Source: Chrysomallon squamiferum (lineage: Eukaryota > Animalia > Mollusca). Taken from it: DNA of 64,000 nucleotides. Location of the stretch: contig CM022677.1 of assembly GCA_012295275.1 (NCBI GenBank), positions 8,308,001 to 8,372,000 on the forward strand. Reading direction: 5' to 3'. This document shows positions 53,477 through 64,000 of this stretch, in pieces. The notes beneath the pieces were generated by a model. The model was not told where the DNA came from, did no database searches, and saw only the letters and a program-made list of their open reading frames with translations. Position 1 is the stretch's first letter. The number at the start of each line of letters is the position of its first letter. Made by a program: the position numbers and the translations under genes.

Positions 53477-54849
53477 AATAAATAATATTCCAAATTCCAT
53501 TCCCCCTATCGTTCTTAGAATACATATATCTAATTTGATTAATAATAATAAAGTAGAAGACGAAAATTAAGAAAGAATTTTTAAATCTATTAAGACATCA
53601 ATGAGTACAAAAAGTTTAAGAAAGCCTGTTCCATATTTCTTACCTGACTTCACAGGCTTATAGGAACCATCCCAGAATGTAAAACGTCGCGGCTGTTTTG
53701 TTCCATGTGAAAATTCTATAAAGAATAAATTGATATTTATTTAATAAAATGTGTTTATAACAAAATTTATTGTCATTAACTGACGATAAAACTTTAATTT
53801 TACTTTATATAACATATTTAAGATTGGCCTGTTTCAGGTTAGCGGGAGGGGAATGGTGATTTATATAATTATTATAATTCACAGTACAATGGGGAAAAAA
53901 GTCCCGATTTCACATAAAAATAACAGTTGTCTAACGTTCCCAATTACAAAAGTTATCCATTACCATTTACCAAGCTTTAGAAAAGCATTAATTTGTATCA
54001 GTTAATTAAAGGTTCGTTCTTTACCTTTTATATTTTATTTTTTTTATATGTATCCCTATATATTAAACTTTGGTCTAGAAAACCTGGGTCACTTCCGGTG
54101 ACAAAATTGTCAAATCATATGCTCATAACCAATGAAAAACATGAAAAAGATAGTTCTGACAAGAATTATGTTCTCTCTTGTTTTTCACGTCTGAGCATTA
54201 TAGAAAATCTAGATTGGTTTTCCTTTTCTCCCCCCCCCCACAAACTTCTATTTTAAAACAAAACTCTCGTTGAAGAACGTACTTCTTTCTTTTCTTTAAT
54301 TTAATGATTTCAATACATGTAATGGTTTAATGTACATGTGACATGTTGCCCTGTCTTTCACCACTACTTGACCTTGTTTAGGAAACTGGTAGTTGCTGAT
54401 GTTATAACAATAATTATGTTTGTAGTGTTAGTCTGTTGTAAATTTGCTTGACTGTTGCCTGCATCCAGTCTTGATTTCTGTGCATATATTCTAGTTAAGA
54501 CTTCTCTTTTTCAGAATTCCTAATACAGACTCGTGAATATCTGCAAAAGTTATTACTCTTTCATGCTGTGAGTTGGGATTTTCTTCATTTTATGATCTAG
54601 GAGCGCTACATCATTATATATTTTTTTTCATTCATACCTGGTGAGTGAGAATGTTCAGGGTTTCGTTGCCTTCCTCATTTATGTCTTAATTTAGAATGTT
54701 ACATGATAGTTTTTATTGTGTCGTCTGTCTTCAAGGGGCTTGAGACCTGTTACAGTGTTTTGATCTGCTGTGGGTGTTATCGTTTAGCTCCAGCGATTAT
54801 TCTTGACGCTTCATTCTGCACTTTTTAACTTTTGGTATCCTCGAGAGAA

Positions 54850-57800
54850 GACCTTCAGAAAAGAGCCATTCAAACTTCTTATTTACATCTGACCCACTGA
54901 CCCACATTTGCGAAACACGTTGCTATGTAAAATCGCAGCTGAAGAATCATGCAATAGCTCTTCCACTAATAACGAAGAAGATTGAGTTCTACGCTACATT
55001 TGATGGCAAGAGCCTCTGTGTGTGTCTTTCTTACATCAAAAACACGTGCAACTCCTGTTCGGCTGGAATTCCTCTACGAAGACAATGGTGTGCAAAGCCA
55101 CACCTAACAGACGGTACATAACACTTTCTAAAGAAGAGCTTCAGAACAGAAGGATTCAAATTTATTATTTGTATCTGACCCACTGAGCCATATCTACGAA
55201 ACACGTCGCTATATAAGATCGCAATTGAAAAAACATGCATTTGCTGTTCCATTAATAACGAAGATGATGGACTTATCGGCTACATTTGATGGTGATAATG
55301 TATCTAAGATGGCAACTGAACAATCATGCAATTGATAACTAAGATGCTGGACTCACCAGCTATATTTGATGGTGAGCATGGTTGTACGAGTGTTTCTTAC
55401 ATCGAAAACACATGCAAATACTGATCGGCTAGAATTCCTTTTCGAAGACAATGGTGTGAAGAGCGATCCAAATTTGTTATTTGCATCTAAAACACTGACA
55501 CACATTAATGAAACACGTTTCTGAATCATGGAATTACTCTTCCACTAATAAGGAAGATGAGGGACTAATCAGCTACATTTGATGGTGAGCACATTTGTAT
55601 GAGTGTTTCTTACATCGAAAACGCATGCAACTCTTGATTGTCTGGAAATCCTCTTCGAAGACAATGATGTGCAAAACAACATCTAACAGCCGGTACGTAA
55701 CACTTTCGAGTGAAGAGCTTTTGAACAGAAGGATTCAAATTTGTTATTTGCATCTGACCCAGATTTATTAAACACGTTCTATAAAAGATCGCAATTGAAG
55801 AAACATTCATTTGGTGTTCCACTAATAATGAAGACGATAGAATGATCGGCTACATTTCATAGCGACCATGTTTCTTGCATCGAAAACACATGCAGTTATT
55901 GATCGGCTGGAACCTCTCTTCGAAGATAATGGTGTGCAAAGCACATCTAATAGTGACTACGTAACACATTCAAGATAAAAGCTTCACATCAGGACGATCC
56001 ATATTTGTTATTTGCATCTAACCCACTGTCCCATATTTACGAAACATATCTATGTAAGATTGCAATTTTAGAATCATGGAATTGCTCTTCAACTAATAAG
56101 GCAGATGACGCACTGACCAGCTACGTTTAATGGTGAGCACATTTATATGAGTGTTTCTTACATCGAAAACACAATCAACTCCTGATCGGCTGGAACTCCT
56201 CTTCGAACACAATGGTGTGCAAAGCGACATCTAATAGGGAATAAGTAAAACCTTCGAGAGAAAAGCTTCAGAACAGAACGATCAATACTTTTTATTTGTA
56301 TCGACTGGCCCACATTTACGAAACACGTTTCTGTGTAACATGGCTATTGAACAATCATGCAATTGCTTTTCCACTGATAATAGTGACTACGTAACACATT
56401 CGAGATAAAAGCTTCACATGAGAACGATCCATATTTCTTATTTGCATCTAACCCACTGTCCCATATTTACGAAACACGTTTCTGTGTAACATGGCTATTG
56501 AACAATCATGCAATTGCTTTTCCACTGATAACGAAGATGAAGGACTGACGAGCTACATTTGATGGAGAGCACGTTTGTACGAGTGTATCTTTCATCGAAA
56601 ACACATCCAACTCCTGATCGGCAGGAACTCCTCTTCGAAGACAATGGTGTGCAAATCCACATCAACTAGTGAATACGTAAAATCTTCGAGAGAAAAGCTT
56701 CAGAACAGAACGATCTAAATTTGTCATTTGCATCTAACCCACATGTACGAAACACGTTGGTATGTAACATTTCATGCTTCATCTTCGATTGTGAAATTAA
56801 AGACATGTAATGGCAATCGACGGCGTTCACGAAATACAGTTGTTACGAGGTGTAACAGAGCTGTGTAGACAGCCAGGCATCAGCGATCAGCAGAGCTTGC
56901 GAAACCGGAGAAAAATGCATTCTCTCTGTTTCAAGTCATTAAACAAAGAGTAGAGTTCAAAGTCTGCTATCTATTTTCTGTTTCTCTATGATTTTCTTAC
57001 AGAGATGAAGCATGCAAATGCTCTTCCACTTATAATGAAGATGATCGATTTCTAAGCTACATTTGATGGCAATCGACGTCTTGCACGACACAGAGATGTT
57101 ATAAGTTGTCGCAGTCCCGTGTACAAAGGCAGCCATCACCGTTCAGCGAAACCGGAGAAGAATGCTTTTTTTCGGGTTCTAGCCATTAAACAAACAGCAC
57201 CGTTCAAAGTATGATTGAGTTCTTAGCTGCATTTGATGTGTCTATGTGTCTTCACTAAACCGAAAACATATCCAGCTCCTGATTGGCCGGAATTTGTTAT
57301 TTGCATCTGACCCACACCTATGAAACGATGGACTGACCACCTGCATTTGATGGTGAGCACGTTTTTATAAACGTTTCTTACATCGAAAACAAATGCAACT
57401 CGTTTTCGGATGGAACTCCTCTTCGAAGACAAACTTGTGCGAAGCCACATCTAACAGCCGCACCATGCAACTCCTGATCGGCTGGAATTGCTCTTCGAAC
57501 TCAATAGTGTGCAAAGCCACATCTAATAGTAAGTACGTATCACCTTCGAGAGAAAAGCTACAGAACAGAACGATCCAAATTTGTTATTTGCATCTAACCC
57601 ACTGACCCATATTTACGAGAGACGCTGATATGTAATATTTCAAGTCTCACCTTCGGTTGTGACATTGAACACATGTGATGGCAATTAACGTCTTTCACGA
57701 CATATAGTTGTTATGAGCTGTCACAGCGCCGTGTACATAGGCAGCCATCACCGATCAGCAGTGATCGCGAAACCGGAGAAGAATGCATTCTTTCGGTTTG

Positions 57801-58595
57801 TAGTCATTAAACAAACAGCACCGTTCAGAGTGTGCTATCTATCTTCTGTTTCTATGTGTCTTTCTTACAGGGATAAAGCATGCAATTGCTCTTCCACTTA
57901 TAACGAAGATGATTCATTTCAAACCTACATTTGAAGTCTATAGGTGTCTTCCTTACAGCGAAAACATATACAACACGTTATTGGACGGATCTCCTCTTCC
58001 AAGAAAAACTTTTCCGAATCCACACCTAACAGTGAGTACGTAGCACTAACGAAATTGCTGCATTTGATTGATTGTTTTTATGACCGTTTCTTACATCGAA
58101 AACAAATGCAACTCGTGTTCGGATGGAACTTCTCTTCGAAGACAAACTTGTACGAAGCCACATCTAACAGCCGCACCATGCAACTCCTGATCGGCTGGAA
58201 CTCCTCTTCGAACTGAATGGTATGCAAAGCCACATCTAATAGTAACTACGTAACACCTCCCACTGAAAAACTGCAGAACAGAAAAATCCATGTTTGTCAT
58301 TTGCATCTAATCCACTGACCCACATTTACGAAACACGATGTAATATTTCATGCCTCATCTTCGATTGTGGAATTCAAGACGTGTTGCCAATCGACGGCTT
58401 CCACGAAATACAGTTGTTACGAGGTATAACAGAGCTGTGTAGACAGGCAGGCATCAGCGATCAGCAGAGCTTGCGAAACCGGAGAAAAATGCATTCTCTC
58501 TCTTTCAATTCATTAAACAAAGAGTAGAGTTCAAAGTCTGCTATCTATTTTCTGTTTCTCTGTGACTTTCTTACAGAGATGAAGCGTGAAAATGC
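54850..58595 (-). repeat. Old, diverged and rearranged satellite monomers, homologous to the 549-bp array but in opposite orientation
   Basis: The block CATCGAAAACACATGCAACTCCTGATCGGCTGGAACTCCTCTTCGAAGACAATGGTGTGCAAAGCCACATCTAA recurs at ~55034, 55400, 55613, 55878, 56161, 56593, 57381, 57955 and 58094. It aligns by eye to the reverse complement of the 549-bp unit. Confidence 0.9.
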
Positions 58596-58599
58596 TAGT

Positions 58600-59240
58600 A
58601 AGAGAAGTTGCGAAGCTGGAGAAGAATTCATTTTTCCGTTCACTGCATACTAGCCATTAAACATCACACACACTCTTTGCTTTGAGAACTCTCTCTAGTA
58701 CCATTCTAATAACTTCACCGATCTCTTCATGTGACTGAAATTACTTCTGGGCCATGTCCGTTCTAAACAAACACACACACGGAACCTCTTTTAAACGAGA
58801 TTTAATAGTCAGCGCTTAATATACTCGAAACAACAGAACGCATTCAATATTGTTTCTTACGTCTACGTACGATTCAAAGTCACATAGTATGAGAAGTTGC
58901 GAAGCTGGAAAAGAATTCATTTTTCCGTTCAATGCGTAATCGCCATTAAAGATCACGCACACTCTTTGCTTTGAGATCTCCCTCTTGTACTATACTAATA
59001 ACTTCATCGATCTCTTAAGGTCTCTGAAATATCACTCGGCCATGTCCGTTATATCCGTATTGGCCTTTATTGAACTCAACACACAAGAACGAGGAACCTC
59101 TTTTAAACGAGGTTTAATAGTCGGCGCTTAATTCACTCGAAACAACTGCTTTATAACATAACGCATTCGTGGTGTCTCTTGTGTCTACGTACAATTGAAA
59201 GTTACGTACTGGGAGAGATTGCGAAGCCGGAGAAGAATTC
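58600..59240. repeat. Transitional ~290-320-bp repeat (two copies plus the start of a third)
   Basis: GAGAAGTTGCGAAGCTGGA.AAGAATTCATT at 58602, 58891 and ~59214; shared GGAACCTCTTTTAAACGAG and GTCTACGTAC. Confidence 0.9.
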
Positions 59241-62200
59241 ATTCTTCACCGCTCTCGCCATCTGTGGTTAACCTTGTTAGGTGCTTATGTGCATGCTGCA
59301 GTGTCACCGATGATTGTAGCTCGCAGCCTGGAATGAGAGAACACCTATCGCGAATGCCACAGTTGAAGCTTTCGATCTTGCACAGAAATGTCTGTTCGGT
59401 TGCAGTTCGTAAACGTCAGTCATTGTCTTACTACTGCGACAGATGGAAACAAGAAGTTCGAATCGTTCTGTAATGAAGATATCGTCTCGAGGGTGTTAAG
59501 TACTAACCGTTAGATTCGGCTTCGCACACCTTCGTCTTCCAAGAGTAGTTCGAACCGAACAGGAGGAGTTGCACGTCTTCTCGCTCTAACAAACACATAC
59601 GCAAACACGCTCACACTGAAACGCAGGTTACTACTCGTTCATTTTCCGTATTAGTAGATAAGCAAACGCATGATTTTTTTCACTTTAACAAAGGAACCCA
59701 GAAACAAAATATAGACAGCACACCCCGAATGCTGCTCATCGTTAGATCTGTTCGGTTAAAGACGAGTACAGTGGGAACGAAAAGAGCGCATTCTTCACCG
59801 CTCTCGCCATCTGTGGTTAACCTTGTTAGGTGCTTATGTGCATGCTGCAGTGTCACCGATGATTGTAGCTCGCAGCCTGGAATGAGGCAACACCTATCGC
59901 GAATGCCACAGTTGAAGCTTTCGATCTTGCACAGAAATGTCTGTTCGGTTGCAGTTCGTAAACGTCAGTCATTGTCTTACTACTGCGACAGATGGAAACA
60001 AGAAGTTCGAATCGTTCTGTAATGAAGATATCGTCTCGAGGGTGTTAAGTACTAACCGTTAGATTCGGCTTCGCACACCTTCGTCTTCCAAGAGTAGTTC
60101 GAACCGAACAGGAGGAGTTGCACGTCTTCTCGCTCTAACAAACACATACGCAAACACGCTCACACTGAAACGCAGGTTACTACTCGTTCATTTTCCGTAT
60201 TAGTAGATAAGCAAACGCATGATTTTTTTCACTTTAACAAAGGAACCCAGAAACAAAATATAGACAGCACACCCCGAATGCTGCTCATCGTTAGATCTGT
60301 TCGGTTAAAGACGAGTACAGTGGGAACGAAAAGAGCGCATTCTTCACCGCTCTCGCCATCTGTGGTTAACCTTGTTAGGTGCTTATGTGCATGCTGCAGT
60401 GTCACCGATGATTGTAGCTCGCAGCCTGGAATGAGAGAACACCTATCGCGAATGCCACAGTTGAAGCTTTCGATCTTGCACAGAAATGTCTGTTCGGTTG
60501 CAGTTCGTAAACGTCAGTCATTGTCTTACTACTGCGACAGATGGAAACAAGAAGTTCGAATCGTTCTGTAATGAAGATATCGTCTCGAGGGTGTTAAGTA
60601 CTAACCGTTAGATTCGGCTTCGCACACCTTCGTCTTCCAAGAGTAGTTCGAACCGAACAGGAGGAGTTGCACGTCTTCTCGCTCTAACAAACACATACGC
60701 AAACACGCTCACACTGAAACGCAGGTTACTACTCGTTCATTTTCCGTATTAGTAGATAAGCAAACGCATGATTTTTTTCACTTTAACAAAGGAACCCAGA
60801 AACAAAATATAGACAGCACACCCCGAATGCTGCTCATCGTTAGATCTGTTCGGTTAAAGACGAGTACAGTGGGAACGAAAAGAGCGCATTCTTCACCGCT
60901 CTCGCCATCTGTGGTTAACCTTGTTAGGTGCTTATGTGCATGCTGCAGTGTCACCGATGATTGTAGCTCGCAGCCTGGAATGAGAGAACACCTATCGCGA
61001 ATGCCACAGTTGAAGCTTTCGATCTTGCACAGAAATGTCTGTTCGGTTGCAGTTCGTAAACGTCAGTCATTGTCTTACTACTGCGACAGATGGAAACAAG
61101 AAGTTCGAATCGTTCTGTAATGAAGATATCGTCTCGAGGGTGTTAAGTACTAACCGTTAGATTCGGCTTCGCACACCTTCGTCTTCCAAGAGTAGTTCGA
61201 ACCGAACAGGAGGAGTTGCACGTCTTCTCGCTCTAACAAACACATACGCAAACACGCTCACACTGAAACGCAGGTTACTACTCGTTCATTTTCCGTATTA
61301 GTAGATAAGCAAACGCATGATTTTTTTCACTTTAACAAAGGAACCCAGAAACAAAATATAGACAGCACACCCCGAATGCTGCTCATCGTTAGATCTGTTC
61401 GGTTAAAGACGAGTACAGTGGGAACGAAAAGAGCGCATTCTTCACCGCTCTCGCCATCTGTGGTTAACCTTGTTAGGTGCTTATGTGCATGCTGCAGTGT
61501 CACCGATGATTGTAGCTCGCAGCCTGGAATGAGAGAACACCTATCGCGAATGCCACAGTTGAAGCTTTCGATCTTGCACAGAAATGTCTGTTCGGTTGCA
61601 GTTCGTAAACGTCAGTCATTGTCTTACTACTGCGACAGATGGAAACAAGAAGTTCGAATCGTTCTGTAATGAAGATATCGTCTCGAGGGTGTTAAGTACT
61701 AACCGTTAGATTCGGCTTCGCACACCTTCGTCTTCCAAGAGTAGTTCGAACCGAACAGGAGGAGTTGCACGTCTTCTCGCTCTAACAAACACATACGCAA
61801 ACACGCTCACACTGAAACGCAGGTTACTACTCGTTCATTTTCCGTATTAGTAGATAAGCAAACGCATGATTTTTTTCACTTTAACAAAGGAACCCAGAAA
61901 CAAAATATAGACAGCACACCCCGAATGCTGCTCATCGTTAGATCTGTTCGGTTAAAGACGAGTACAGTGGGAACGAAAAGAGCGCATTCTTCACCGCTCT
62001 CGCCATCTGTGGTTAACCTTGTTAGGTGCTTATGTGCATGCTGCAGTGTCACCGATGATTGTAGCTCGCAGCCTGGAATGAGAGAACACCTATCGCGAAT
62101 GCCACAGTTGAAGCTTTCGATCTTGCACAGAAATGTCTGTTCGGTTGCAGTTCGTAAACGTCAGTCATTGTCTTACTACTGCGACAGATGGAAACAAGAA

Positions 62201-64000
62201 GTTCGAATCGTTCTGTAATGAAGATATCGTCTCGAGGGTGTTAAGTACTAACCGTTAGATTCGGCTTCGCACACCTTCGTCTTCCAAGAGTAGTTCGAAC
62301 CGAACAGGAGGAGTTGCACGTCTTCTCGCTCTAACAAACACATACGCAAACACGCTCACACTGAAACGCAGGTTACTACTCGTTCATTTTCCGTATTAGT
62401 AGATAAGCAAACGCATTTTTTTTTTCACTTTAACAAAGGAACCCAGAAACAAAATATAGACAGCACACCCCGAATGCTGCTCATCGTTAGATCTGTTCGG
62501 TTAAAGACGAGTACAGTGGGAACGAAAAGAGCGCATTCTTCACCGCTCTCGCCATCTGTGGTTAACCTTGTTAGGTGCTTATGTGCATGCTGCAGTGTCA
62601 CCGATGATTGTAGCTCGCAGCCTGGAATGAGAGAACACCTATCGCGAATGCCACAGTTGAAGCTTTCGATCTTGCACAGAAATGTCTGTTCGGTTGCAGT
62701 TCGTAAACGTCAGTCATTGTCTTACTACTGCGACAGATGGAAACAAGAAGTTCGAATCGTTCTGTAATGAAGATATCGTCTCGAGGGTGTTAAGTACTAA
62801 CCGTTAGATTCGGCTTCGCACACCTTCGTCTTCCAAGAGTAGTTCGAACCGAACAGGAGGAGTTGCACGTCTTCTCGCTCTAACAAACACATACGCAAAC
62901 ACGCTCACACTGAAACGCAGGTTACTACTCGTTCATTTTCCGTATTAGTAGATAAGCAAACGCATGATTTTTTTTTTTTCACTTTAACAAAGGAACCCAG
63001 AAACAAAATATAGACAGCACACCCCGAATGCTGCTCATCGTTAGATCTGTTCGGTTAAAGACGAGTACAGTGGGAACGAAAAGAGCGCATTCTTCACCGC
63101 TCTCGCCATCTGTGGTTAACCTTGTTAGGTGCTTATGTGCATGCTGCAGTGTCACCGATGATTGTAGCTCGCAGCCTGGAATGAGAGAACACCTATCGCG
63201 AATGCCACAGTTGAAGCTTTCGATCTTGCACAGAAATGTCTGTTCGGTTGCAGTTCGTAAACGTCAGTCATTGTCTTACTACTGCGACAGATGGAAACAA
63301 GAAGTTCGAATCGTTCTGTAATGAAGATATCGTCTCGAGGGTGTTAAGTACTAACCGTTAGATTCGGCTTCGCACACCTTCGTCTTCCAAGAGTAGTTCG
63401 AACCGAACAGGAGGAGTTGCACGTCTTCTCGCTCTAACAAACACATACGCAAACACGCTCACACTGAAACGCAGGTTACTACTCGTTCATTTTCCGTATT
63501 AGTAGATAAGCAAACGCATGACTTTTTTCACTTTAACAAAGGAACCCAGAAACAAAATATAGACAGCACACCCCGAATGCTGCTCATCGTTAGATCTGTT
63601 CGGTTAAAGACGAGTACAGTGGGAACGAAAAGAGCGCATTCTTCACCGCTCTCGCCATCTGTGGTTAACCTTGTTAGGTGCTTATGTGCATGCTGCAGTG
63701 TCACCGATGATTGTAGCTCGCAGCCTGGAATGAGAGAACACCTATCGCGAATGCCACAGTTGAAGCTTTCGATCTTGCACAGAAATGTCTGTTCGGTTGC
63801 AGTTCGTAAACGTCAGTCATTGTCTTACTACTGCGACAGATGGAAACAAGAAGTTCGAATCGTTCTGTAATGAAGATATCGTCTCGAGGGTGTTAAGTAC
63901 TAACCGTTAGATTCGGCTTCGCACACCTTCGTCTTCCAAGAGTAGTTCGAACCGAACAGGAGGAGTTGCACGTCTTCTCGCTCTAACAAACACATACGCA
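59241..64000 (+). repeat. Homogeneous 549-bp satellite array (~8.7 copies visible, continues beyond window)
   Basis: Identical ORFs at 549-bp period (59729, 60278, 60827, 61376, 61925, 62474; one step of 554 from poly-T expansion). Only a few substitutions were noticed between copies. Confidence 0.99.

Noticed and set aside
54330-54850. Possible coding or TE remnant before the satellite
   Set aside because: Composition is coding-like but no motif was recognised, so it is left unannotated.
59545-59565. CENP-B box in the satellite
   Set aside because: TTCGAACCGAACAGG misses essential positions of TTCGnnnnAnnCGGG.
59729-63870. Repeated 97-aa ORF as a tandem gene array
   Set aside because: No recognisable domain, promoter or polyA context. 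Identity reflects satellite homogenisation, and the frame is not preserved in the diverged homologous monomers.
59241-64000. 549-bp unit as a 5S rDNA, SL RNA, snRNA, tRNA or hammerhead-ribozyme array
   Set aside because: I could not find the 5S sequence, a cloverleaf, a convincing SL donor plus Sm site, or an intact CUGANGA/GAAA core by eye. An Rfam search is needed to exclude these fully.

Overview
This is AT-rich, microsatellite-dense, intron-containing eukaryotic DNA, probably from an invertebrate animal (inferred from composition and TE families; species not determinable). It has one 200-nt assembly gap. No prokaryotic genes, CRISPR arrays or recognisable rRNA/tRNA genes were seen. In order, the window holds: a disrupted multi-exon RNI-like leucine-rich-repeat gene (~2.9-5.4 kb); nested dead transposons (a Ginger/KRBA2-type integrase element inside a piggyBac, then the 5' half of a LINE); a 21.7-34 kb patchwork of local duplications carrying a small spliced 'PMEVD-repeat' gene in 2-3 copies; a Topors-like RING gene with a C-terminal hydrophobic anchor and a premature stop in its duplicated basic N-terminus; an LTR with a tRNA-Leu-type PBS; a 57-bp repeat block that flips orientation midway; further Ginger, LINE and Tigger remnants; and a satellite domain. 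In that domain, old diverged monomers (54.9-58.6 kb) join, through a fold-back inversion at ~59,240, a young near-identical 549-bp array of the same family in the opposite orientation that runs off the window. Family assignments come from motif recognition by eye, not database searches.
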